Made by a program: the position numbers and the translations under genes
Notes under the pieces: generated by a model
What the model saw: the letters and a program-made list of their open reading frames with translations, nothing else
Databases searched by the model: none
Told to the model about the DNA's origin: nothing
Assembly (NCBI GenBank): GCA_014799805.1
Contig: JAAVHJ010000033.1
Coordinates: 2,326 to 66,325 of the forward strand
Direction of reading: 5' to 3'
DNA: 64,000 bases
Origin: Ruminococcus sp.
GTDB taxonomy: Bacteria > Bacillota > Clostridia > Oscillospirales > Ruminococcaceae
Shown: piece by piece, positions 43,774-52,360 of the stretch
Layout: each line of letters starts with the position of its first letter
Numbering within the stretch: position 1 is the first letter of the stretch

Positions 43774-46551
43774 ATGATGAAGAAAAAAGCAATTCCTAAG
43801 AAATTAAAAGGTACGGTTTTGTTCACAGTCGTTTCTGTTATGATGGTATTGATTGTATTTTTGGTTGCGACACTTGCATTAGCATCAACTGCTAGCAAAC
43901 GTGCCTATACAAATTATCAGCAGGAACAAGCAGAATATACTGCAAAAGCTGTTATGGAGGCTGTGACAAGAGAGATTGAAGCAGATGTGAATAGTCTTTT
44001 TATTCGTGCTGAAATTGTGAATTACAATGATATGCCTGGTGATACAGATACTATCAATGTACAAATTGATGATGGTGCTGGCTCCGTGGAAACATATCCT
44101 GTTACAATTGTCAATACTGGTGAACAACGTGCGATGTATGATGCATCATCAGGTTGGCAGAACTTAGATGTATACAGACTTTCTGTTACAGTAAACAGCA
44201 ATACAACAACTGCTGAAGCTACTTATGAAACTTTTATTGGCTTGAAGAAAATCAGTAATACAAATCCGCAACCTAATCCGAATTCTGGTGGTGATGGTGG
44301 TGCATTCGTCAGCTTGGGTGATACAGGCGGTACTGAAATTGCAACACATGGTTATACAACTGGTGGTACCTATCTTGGTATCGGTGTAACTGGATATGAT
44401 TATCATATGTCCGCTGGTGGTGATATTACCATTGATGCACCATTCTATGTAAATGGTAATTTGCATTCACCTACACAATTTATTATGCATTTCACAAAAC
44501 CGAATGATTTCATGGTAATCAGAGGAGACTTTTCTGCACAGAATGATAATATTCAAACATCATTTGCAGGCTATACAGATGTCACTACAACAGGTGGGTC
44601 TACTTACGAAAATACGCCTTATATTTATGTAGAAGGAAAACTTTCTTCCCCTGGCAGTAAATTTAAATTTGGTGAATCTGCTCATGCAGTCAATGTTTAC
44701 TGTGGTTCTTTAGAAGTTGGATCGAATGGTTTTGAAATGTGGGGAGACCTTTATTTGATGGACGAAGACACAGAATCTACAATCAAGTCATCTGGTGCAT
44801 CAACAAAGCTTTATAAATGGTCAGGAAGTACATTCACACGTAATGAAGGTTATGATACCCAATATGGCAATATTTACTCCATGGGTTCATTGAAAGTAGA
44901 AGAAAACAACGGTTTGATGGTAGATGGAAATGTACAGATTAATGGTGACCTGACAATTTCAAATCTGGCAGTAAGTGGCGATATTGTTGTAAATGGGACA
45001 TTGAAAGTTGGAAATACTTTAACTTGCAGTGGAAATATTTATGCTGGCAAAATCGAAAACAATGGTACAATTAATTGTTCAGGAACTGTCAATGCTGTAG
45101 AACATGCTGGAGCTGACCCTGTTGGCAAAACATTTACAGATATTGTTGGCTTAGCACCAACAACGACTACCAGTACAAAACAAGTTTATTACACAGATGT
45201 TACAGCATGGATAAATACGAAATTCACAGAAGGGGCAGTTGGTCACTTTGCAGATGATGAATATGAAGTACAGGTAGCTTATATAGAACATGTCATAGAT
45301 AGTAATGGTATTGAAACCACTACTGCCCATGGTGATAGTAGCAATAATAACTATTATTATAACAGAGAAAAAATTATTAATCAAACAGTCTTTGATGCTA
45401 CAGCTGGATATGCTACAATTCATGACTATCTGATAGCGAATCATGAGTTGTACAAAAATCTGCATACTGCAACAGACCCAACAACCGCAGTAACAGTCAC
45501 AGAAACAAAAAATTCTTATGATTTGAGCAGTGTATATGGCAGAGAAGTTTATCCGAGTAGTTATACAAAAACAAAACTGAATGAAGTTGACCCTGTAACG
45601 AATAAGAGCAAGATTGAAAATCCACAGGCTTCTAATTATGAATCAATGTATCCTATCAGTGTGGATAATTTGGATGCAACGATTTATGACGGTGGGTATA
45701 AAGTCCCAGTATATGCAAATGGAAGTCTGGAAAAACCAAGTCTTACTGGCACATACGGCATAGAAGAACTTGATCCACCAGATCTAAATGGCAATAAGAA
45801 AAATTATTACACTGTAACAACAAACTGTGTTTTGAATGGTTATTTCAACAAAAATGTTTATATTGATGGTTCTGCAGGAAATATTACAGTTGTACTTGAT
45901 AATGTTACATTTGAGGGTAACAATGGTGCAAGTATTATTGTAAATGATACAAATAATGTAACTCTGTTCATTGTAGGTACTTTATCACTTGGTACATCTG
46001 GTCAAGGTACTTCTATTATTACAACTGACTATCTTGATTTGTTTAAAGGTGTAGGCGGTTGGGATTATACAGATAATCTGAAGGGTATCATGGGAAGTTT
46101 ACAAAATGATGTGCAGATTGAACAAGTTCAACAAGTTGGTGATGATAAATATCCAAATGTGGTAATTCATTCTGATGATAATGCTACATTAAGCGTCCCT
46201 GAAAATGGTCTTGTAGTTGGTCTTGTCAGAGCTCCAAAGCTGATTTATAATTCTGGTCAGGCAAGAGACTGCAATAAAACAATTGCATATGAATTGCCTA
46301 CAGGTGAAATTGTAAACTATGGTGCGAACCGTTCTATTAATGTAACTGGTACACAAGCAGTTGGTTTGATTGGACAGTTAATTGCAGGAAAAATTCAATT
46401 AAGCAGTAATGGTAACTGGGGTATGCTTTATATCACAGATCCAAATTCAGCACCAAATCCAAATCCAAATCCAAATCCGAATCCGAATCCAAATCCACAA
46501 CCTGTTACAGAATCTATTCAATATACAATGCTTTATAACAACATGTATTAA
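43774..46551 (+). CDS. Giant pilin-like protein (PilX_N/GspK-like N-terminus without Glu5), putative pilus tip adhesin
   Basis: KKLKG/TVLFTVVSVMMVLIVFLVATLAL is a prepilin-like hydrophobic helix lacking E at +5. It has beta-helix-like repeats (GNVQINGDLTISNLAVSGDIVVNGTLKVGNTLTCSGNIYAGKIENNGTINCSGTVNA) and a (PN)7 tract near the C-terminus. Confidence 0.55.
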   Translation: MMKKKAIPKKLKGTVLFTVVSVMMVLIVFLVATLALASTASKRAYTNYQQEQAEYTAKAVMEAVTREIEADVNSLFIRAEIVNYNDMPGDTDTINVQIDDGAGSVETYPVTIVNTGEQRAMYDASSGWQNLDVYRLSVTVNSNTTTAEATYETFIGLKKISNTNPQPNPNSGGDGGAFVSLGDTGGTEIATHGYTTGGTYLGIGVTGYDYHMSAGGDITIDAPFYVNGNLHSPTQFIMHFTKPNDFMVIRGDFSAQNDNIQTSFAGYTDVTTTGGSTYENTPYIYVEGKLSSPGSKFKFGESAHAVNVYCGSLEVGSNGFEMWGDLYLMDEDTESTIKSSGASTKLYKWSGSTFTRNEGYDTQYGNIYSMGSLKVEENNGLMVDGNVQINGDLTISNLAVSGDIVVNGTLKVGNTLTCSGNIYAGKIENNGTINCSGTVNAVEHAGADPVGKTFTDIVGLAPTTTTSTKQVYYTDVTAWINTKFTEGAVGHFADDEYEVQVAYIEHVIDSNGIETTTAHGDSSNNNYYYNREKIINQTVFDATAGYATIHDYLIANHELYKNLHTATDPTTAVTVTETKNSYDLSSVYGREVYPSSYTKTKLNEVDPVTNKSKIENPQASNYESMYPISVDNLDATIYDGGYKVPVYANGSLEKPSLTGTYGIEELDPPDLNGNKKNYYTVTTNCVLNGYFNKNVYIDGSAGNITVVLDNVTFEGNNGASIIVNDTNNVTLFIVGTLSLGTSGQGTSIITTDYLDLFKGVGGWDYTDNLKGIMGSLQNDVQIEQVQQVGDDKYPNVVIHSDDNATLSVPENGLVVGLVRAPKLIYNSGQARDCNKTIAYELPTGEIVNYGANRSINVTGTQAVGLIGQLIAGKIQLSSNGNWGMLYITDPNSAPNPNPNPNPNPNPNPQPVTESIQYTMLYNNMY
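46453..46494. repeat. (CCRAAT)7 hexanucleotide repeat encoding (Pro-Asn)7
   Basis: Read directly from the sequence. It is in frame with 43774..46551. Confidence 0.9.
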
Positions 46552-46563
46552 GGAGGGTATCTC

Positions 46564-46950
46564 ATGAAGTTACGAAGAAAAAACAAAAAACTTAAGGGCA
46601 TGACACTGATTGAATGTATCATAGCAATGGCAGTTTTAGCAATTACTGGTGTCATTGTAGCCAGAACAGCTTCTGTGACAAACAGATTATTTATTAATAC
46701 CAATCATCTGAACAATAAAACACAGGCAGAATCTGCAATCGGTAGTGTGAGAGATACAACAAAGCTGAATCAGTATTGTAATGCAAATTCTGTTTCCAAT
46801 GGTGAACAAGATGTCACTTTCACAGTTGGAGGATATACTCCCAGAACTGCGAAAAGATATTCCACCAAAGCCGCAGATGTCGCTTCTAGCAAAGATTGTG
46901 ATACAAACTTAAATGATGATGCAAGTCTGCAATACTATGTGTTTAATTAA
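46564..46950 (+). CDS. Prepilin-type minor pilin
   Basis: KKLKG/MTLIECIIAMAVLAI is a class III signal peptide with Glu5. Confidence 0.8.
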   Translation: MKLRRKNKKLKGMTLIECIIAMAVLAITGVIVARTASVTNRLFINTNHLNNKTQAESAIGSVRDTTKLNQYCNANSVSNGEQDVTFTVGGYTPRTAKRYSTKAADVASSKDCDTNLNDDASLQYYVFN

Positions 46951-46965
46951 TCAGGAGGCGGAATT

Positions 46966-47907
46966 GTGAAAAAGAAAAAATTAAAGGGTTTCACTTTGAT
47001 TGAATTAATTGTTGTAATGGCGATTTTCGGAATCATTCTGGTTGCAGCAATGCAATTGATGTTACCCGCTTCCAAAGTCATGGTGCAGTCAGAACATTAT
47101 GAAAATCAACAGGCAGTTGTGACAAATATTTCTAATTATTTAGAAAGTGTGTTGACACCAGCGGAATTTATGGACATATATAACGGTAATAGAGACCCTG
47201 GAACAATTGCACAGAGTTATGCTGAAAATTACTATGAAGGCGTATTAAGAAGTGGTTCTGATGTCAACTCACCAACTTTTGCAACTGGCAAGATTCATGT
47301 ATTGGAACTGGATAACAGCGGTACAAATACGATATTGAAAAATTATGTTTATGATGCAGATTTTACTACGGGTAGTGTTTCTGTCGCATATAATCCTTTA
47401 GAAACAGTTGACAATGCAATTAATAATGCTTATTATGATAATTATAATTTGCAAATTAGAGTAGGGGCTTTTGATGAAAATACTTGGAATGATTTATTAA
47501 GCCAGCCTGATTTCCTGAGTAATGTCAGTGCAAGCAATACAGTGTTTACAATCAGATCAGAAACCAGAAGTGCTGTAAATGGCACTGTGCATACTTCTTA
47601 TCATACAGAGTTTATGGCATTAGGGAATATTTTCAATAATTCTACAGCGAATCTGAATTATTATGTCATTGATGAGAAAGCCGCACCACCTCCAGCAAAT
47701 CCATTAGACCCGCCAGATCCTAATATATTAAGCATTGTACAAATTGCAACGCCTAATATAACAGCACGTAAATTAGATGCTTCCATGACAAATGCACGTT
47801 GGGCAGGTACATTATCAGACCGTACAAGATCAGATTATGCAGTACCAACAAGTGCAATTGAAAATTATTATTTTGTTTATAGTTATGGTTCAGATATTAG
47901 CTATTAA
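46966..47907 (+). CDS. Prepilin-type pilin (313 aa) with Pro-rich segment
   Basis: KKLKG/FTLIELIVVMAIFGIIL, and AAPPPANPLDPPDPN late in the protein. GTG start after AGGAGG. Confidence 0.8.
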   Translation: MKKKKLKGFTLIELIVVMAIFGIILVAAMQLMLPASKVMVQSEHYENQQAVVTNISNYLESVLTPAEFMDIYNGNRDPGTIAQSYAENYYEGVLRSGSDVNSPTFATGKIHVLELDNSGTNTILKNYVYDADFTTGSVSVAYNPLETVDNAINNAYYDNYNLQIRVGAFDENTWNDLLSQPDFLSNVSASNTVFTIRSETRSAVNGTVHTSYHTEFMALGNIFNNSTANLNYYVIDEKAAPPPANPLDPPDPNILSIVQIATPNITARKLDASMTNARWAGTLSDRTRSDYAVPTSAIENYYFVYSYGSDISY

Positions 47908-47919
47908 TTAAAAAAATAA

Positions 47920-47962
47920 TCGGCAGTCGGAATAGATTGCAGTCCGACTGCCGAGTTATTTT
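47920..47962. terminator. Bidirectional intrinsic terminator between the pilin operon and pilD
   Basis: Perfect 12-bp stem TCGGCAGTCGGA / TCCGACTGCCGA followed by a T-run. Confidence 0.8.
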
Positions 47963-47967
47963 GAAAA

Positions 47968-48855
47968 TTAAGCGATTTCATAAGGATTATATGTAATCCA
48001 GGCAATATACCAGTCAAAAATTTGATTTCCGAATAAAGTTCCTAGAAATAAGCCAATTGCAAGATAAGGTCCAAAAGCAAATTTGGAGTCACCATCACGC
48101 ATTTTTAGAATCATGCCACAAACACCAGCAATGATAATTCCTAAAAATGCAGAAACAACAACGGCTTTCCAGCCAATTAATAATCCGCCACAAGCCATTA
48201 GTACTGTGTCGCCAAGTTCGATAGCCCGAAAACGTTCGCCAAATTTTTTTTCAATAATTGGCACACTGATTTCACCAATTATGAAAAAAGGCAGACTAAT
48301 GCAAACAAGTCCTATTAAATGAGAAGCCAACGACACGGAATGTTCCGTGATAAAATAATGCAGATTTTGAAATTTTTCAGGTGAAGCAAGAGAAATCACA
48401 GAAATTATCATATCTGGAATGGCAAGAATTGCAATAAAAATTAACAAACGCAAATCCATTTCCATTGTGTCCCAGTCAATAAATGCAATGCAGATTAATG
48501 CAGAGAAAAAAAAGCAATAAATTACGCTTTGCAAATTAAAATCTAACACTGTGAATGTGATTAAATAAATAATACAGTTCAGAGATTCTACAATTGGATA
48601 GCGTCTAGAAATAGGTTCATGACAATTACGGCATTTGCCTTTTAATAAAAGCCAGCTAAGCACTGGAATATTATCTCTGGCACGGATTTTTGTTCCGCAA
48701 GTCATGCAGTGTGAAGACCGTTTGACAAGAGATTCTTCTTTTGGTAGCCTGAAAATGACAACATTCAGAAAACTGCCGATACATATCCCATAGAAAAATA
48801 CGATGAGGTAAAACATGATGTAAAATTGCAGTTCCATAAATTCACTGTGTAGCAT
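47968..48855 (-). CDS. pilD: Prepilin peptidase / N-methyltransferase PilD (A24)
   Basis: FLNVVIFRLP, a CMTCG...CRNCHEPI zinc motif, RYPIVE, and polytopic TMs. Confidence 0.9.
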   Translation of the reverse strand: MLHSEFMELQFYIMFYLIVFFYGICIGSFLNVVIFRLPKEESLVKRSSHCMTCGTKIRARDNIPVLSWLLLKGKCRNCHEPISRRYPIVESLNCIIYLITFTVLDFNLQSVIYCFFFSALICIAFIDWDTMEMDLRLLIFIAILAIPDMIISVISLASPEKFQNLHYFITEHSVSLASHLIGLVCISLPFFIIGEISVPIIEKKFGERFRAIELGDTVLMACGGLLIGWKAVVVSAFLGIIIAGVCGMILKMRDGDSKFAFGPYLAIGLFLGTLFGNQIFDWYIAWITYNPYEIA

Positions 48856-48945
48856 TATGAATGCCCTCCTTAAATCGTTAATATATATATTATAACATAA
48901 AATGACATCATTTACAAGTATAATTCAAAAAACTAATTTGTAATT

Positions 48946-49918
48946 AAAATAAAATATGGAGGTTATTTTTTCATGAAAAATATTCGTATTGGTGATTATC
49001 TTGTAGAACAGAAATTAATCACACAAGAACAATTAAATCAAGTATTGACAAAACAAGAAGAAAACAGCAAGAAACATTTTGATGAAATGATTCTTGAATT
49101 GGGATTTATTTCTGAAACTAGTCTTACAAGAGCATGGGCAAAAATATTGGGTGTACCATTTGTAGATTTGGAAAATTTGGAAAATTTTAGATTATTTGAA
49201 AAAGATGCAGTACGCAGAATCCCACAAAATTTTGCAAAAAAAAATACAGTTATTGCGATTAATTCACAAGGACGTAGATTATTCGTTGCAACGAATGCCC
49301 CGATTAATCTTAGTGTTTTGGAAGATATTAAAGCACAGACTGGTATGGACGCACTTCCAGTAATGGCAACAAAATCAGCGATTACAAAAACAATTGACAG
49401 CATGTATGATAGTATAAATAAATGACATATTTTTAATAAATATAAAATATAAAATAAAAATAAAATATGGAGGTTATTTTTTCATGAGAAACATTCGTAT
49501 TGGTGATTATCTTGTAGAACAAAAGTTAATCACCCAAGACCAATTAAATCAAGTATTAACAAAACAAAAAGAAAACGGTGGGAAACGTTTTGGTGAAACT
49601 GTTGTTGAATTGGGATTTATTTCAGAAGTCAGTTTATCAAAAGCATTGGCAGCAAAATTGCGTGTACCGTATGTAGATTTGTCAAATGTTGAAATTGATG
49701 AAGATGCAGTACGCAGAATCCCAGAAAATCTTGCAAAAAAATACACAGTTATTGCTATTAACGTTACAGGGCGTAGATTAACTGTTGCAACAGATGACCC
49801 AATTAATTTTAATATTCTGGAAGATATTAAAATGCAGACTGGTATGGATACGATTCCAGTATTAGCAACAAAATCAGCAATTAATAAAGCAATTGGTAAC
49901 ATGTATTCTATGGAGAAT
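48946..49918. repeat. Tandem segmental duplication (about 465 bp x 2, offset 511 bp) covering the RBS and the 5' third of pilB
   Basis: 48946-49410 aligns with 49457-49918, including the identical aaaatatggaggttattttttcatga leader. By eye the identity is roughly four-fifths. Confidence 0.85.
48973..49425 (+). CDS. Stand-alone T2SSE N-terminal (MshEN-type) domain protein, a duplicate of the PilB N-terminus
   Basis: 150 aa, colinear with PilB residues 1-145 (MKNIRIGDYLVEQKLITQEQLNQVLTKQ...). It has its own GGAGG RBS and stop, and no ATPase domain. Confidence 0.75.
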   Translation: MKNIRIGDYLVEQKLITQEQLNQVLTKQEENSKKHFDEMILELGFISETSLTRAWAKILGVPFVDLENLENFRLFEKDAVRRIPQNFAKKNTVIAINSQGRRLFVATNAPINLSVLEDIKAQTGMDALPVMATKSAITKTIDSMYDSINK

Positions 49919-51160
49919 GTCGACAGCGTTATTGAAGGTATGTCACAATTTATGCAAAGTGATGACCAAGATGAAGAATCCAAAGAAAGAGTAGACAATG
50001 CACCAATTGTAAAACTTGCAACAACAATTGTAGAAAATTCTTTCCGTGCAGATGCAACGGATATTCATATTGAGCCTTTTAAAACATATACTAGAATCAG
50101 AATTCGTGTAAACGGCGACTTAGTAGAATTAATGAACGTTTCAAATGTCGTGCATAATGCTCTGACAACTCGTTTGAAATTGATTTCTGGCATGAATATT
50201 GCCGAAAAGCGTGTTCCACAAGACGGACGTTTCACACAGGTTGTTGACGGCACAACGCTTGACGTCCGTGTGTCTTCCTTGCCTATGGTAAACGGTGAAA
50301 AAATCGTTATTCGTATTTTATCCACTGGTAATATTGCATTGCGTAAAATTACAGATTTAGGTATGTCTGATTATAATTATAATTTATTTGAATCTATGAT
50401 TAAGTGCCCACATGGTGTTATTCTGGTAACTGGTCCTACTGGTTCTGGTAAAACAACAACTTTATATGCGGCATTGGGCGAATTGGCAAAACCACATGTA
50501 AACGTAATCACTGTAGAAGACCCAGTCGAAAAAGCGATTGACGGCATTAATCAAGTTCAGGTAAATGCAAAAACAGGTATGACATTTGCAGCAGCATTGC
50601 GTTCTATTCTCCGTCAGGACCCTGATATTGTTATGATAGGTGAGATGCGTGACTCTGAAACGGCTGATATTGGTATCAGAGCCGCTATTACTGGACACTT
50701 GGTATTATCTACATTGCATACAAATGATGCCGCTTCTACAATTGTACGTCTGGTAGATATGGGTGTTGCACCTTATATGGTTGCTACTTCTTTGATTGGT
50801 GTAATTGCACAGCGTCTTGTAAAAGTACTTTGTCCAAAATGCAAAGTACAGCGTTTCTCTGACGAAGATGAAAATAAACTGATGAAACTAGATGATATTT
50901 ATACACCGATTCCATTATTTGAAGCACAAGGTTGTCCAGACTGCAATGGCACAGGTTATAGAGGACGTACGGCGATTCATGAAATTATTCACTGTACAGC
51001 AGGTATTTCTACAATTGTTGCACGTAGTGGCAGTAAGGAAGAAATCGAAGAAAAAGCAAGAGAAAACGGCACAAAGTTATTGCGTGACAATGTTTCTGAA
51101 TTAGTGCAAAAAGGTGTTACGTCTATGGACGAATTAGTCCGTGTAACGTATGCTGTATAA
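49484..51160 (+). CDS. pilB: Type IV pilus assembly ATPase PilB (GspE family)
   Basis: MshEN-like N-terminus, Walker A GPTGSGKTTT, Asp box, Walker B DPDIVMIGEMRD, His box, and a tetracysteine CPKC...CPDC motif. Confidence 0.95.
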   Translation: MRNIRIGDYLVEQKLITQDQLNQVLTKQKENGGKRFGETVVELGFISEVSLSKALAAKLRVPYVDLSNVEIDEDAVRRIPENLAKKYTVIAINVTGRRLTVATDDPINFNILEDIKMQTGMDTIPVLATKSAINKAIGNMYSMENVDSVIEGMSQFMQSDDQDEESKERVDNAPIVKLATTIVENSFRADATDIHIEPFKTYTRIRIRVNGDLVELMNVSNVVHNALTTRLKLISGMNIAEKRVPQDGRFTQVVDGTTLDVRVSSLPMVNGEKIVIRILSTGNIALRKITDLGMSDYNYNLFESMIKCPHGVILVTGPTGSGKTTTLYAALGELAKPHVNVITVEDPVEKAIDGINQVQVNAKTGMTFAAALRSILRQDPDIVMIGEMRDSETADIGIRAAITGHLVLSTLHTNDAASTIVRLVDMGVAPYMVATSLIGVIAQRLVKVLCPKCKVQRFSDEDENKLMKLDDIYTPIPLFEAQGCPDCNGTGYRGRTAIHEIIHCTAGISTIVARSGSKEEIEEKARENGTKLLRDNVSELVQKGVTSMDELVRVTYAV

Positions 51161-51207
51161 AAATGATTAATTATTAAAAAATTTATTTAGTTTGGAGGAA
51201 AAAATGC

Positions 51208-52278
51208 ATGGCGATTGAAATTAATCAAATTTTGAATGAAGCTCGTGCGATAGGTTGTTCAGACTTGCATTTTACATTTGGAATTAATCCAATTGTAAGA
51301 CTAAACGGCGCACTTCGTAAAATGACAAAATATCCAGAGCTTGACGAAGAAGAAGTTATGTCAATTGTCAATCAAATGACGAACGATTGGCAAATGGCAA
51401 GTGTCCGTCAACATAAAGATACGGACTTTTCATTCCAGACAACGGCTGGCTATCGTCACCGTGTCAATGTATATTTTCAAAGAGGGCATACGGCAATTGC
51501 AATTCGTTTGTTAAGAAATGATATTCCGACTTTGGACGATTTGGACTTGCCACCAGTATTAGCAGATTTTGCAATGCGTCCCCGTGGCTTAATATTAGTA
51601 ACAGGTCCTACTGGTTCGGGTAAATCTACAACATTAGCAGGCATGATTGACTATATTAACGTTCATAGAAGTGCACATGTTATTACAATCGAAGACCCGA
51701 TAGAATATATTCATCAGCATAAACTTTGCATGGTAAACCAAAGAGAAGTTGGCGATGATGTACCTGACTTTGCAGGGGCATTGCGTGCTGCACTCCGTGA
51801 AGACCCTGATGTTATTCTTGTGGGAGAAATGCGTGACTTTGAAACAATCGGTGCGGCTGTAACTGCTGCCGAAACTGGACACTTAGTATTATCCACTTTG
51901 CATACAACTTCTGCCGCTGATACTATCAACCGTATTATTGACGTTTATCCAGAACATCAGCAAGGGCAGATTCGTACACAGTTAGCAAATAACTTAGTAG
52001 GTGTTGTATCACAGACTTTATTGCCAAGACTTGACGGCAAGGGACGTGTTGCCTGCATGGAAATTCTGAATGTAACAGACGCTTGCTCTGCCATGATTCG
52101 TGATGATAAAGTACATTTGTTATTATCTGCAATTCAGTCAGGTAAACAATATGGCATGATGTGCTTAGACCAAGAATTAGCACGTTATGTAAAGCGTGGC
52201 ATTGTTTCTGAAACTGCTGCACTTGAGAAATGCCAAAGCAAAGCAGAATTTTATAGATTCTTGAATGGCAATGGCTAA
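51208..52278 (+). CDS. pilT: Twitching-motility retraction ATPase PilT
   Basis: GPTGSGKSTT, DPDVILVGEMRD and GHLVLSTLHT motifs, at a PilT-like length of 356 aa. Confidence 0.95.
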   Translation: MAIEINQILNEARAIGCSDLHFTFGINPIVRLNGALRKMTKYPELDEEEVMSIVNQMTNDWQMASVRQHKDTDFSFQTTAGYRHRVNVYFQRGHTAIAIRLLRNDIPTLDDLDLPPVLADFAMRPRGLILVTGPTGSGKSTTLAGMIDYINVHRSAHVITIEDPIEYIHQHKLCMVNQREVGDDVPDFAGALRAALREDPDVILVGEMRDFETIGAAVTAAETGHLVLSTLHTTSAADTINRIIDVYPEHQQGQIRTQLANNLVGVVSQTLLPRLDGKGRVACMEILNVTDACSAMIRDDKVHLLLSAIQSGKQYGMMCLDQELARYVKRGIVSETAALEKCQSKAEFYRFLNGNG

Positions 52279-52291
52279 TTAATCATAATCT

Positions 52292-52319
52292 GAAAGCCCT
52301 CCAGTATGGCAGGGCTTTC
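52292..52319 (+). terminator. Hairpin terminator after pilT
   Basis: GAAAGCCCT-10 nt-AGGGCTTTC. The T-run is weak. Confidence 0.55.
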
Positions 52320-52360
52320 TAAATGTTTTTATTAATATTTAATATTAGGGAGGGGATTTT

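Noticed and set aside
46453-46494. Short perfect repeats (PN hexanucleotide tract, 60-bp His repeat, Thr-codon runs at about 28190-28230) considered as a possible CRISPR array or phase-variation switch.
   Set aside because: They are in-frame coding repeats with no spacers, and their unit lengths are multiples of three. They are therefore neither CRISPR arrays nor frameshifting switches.
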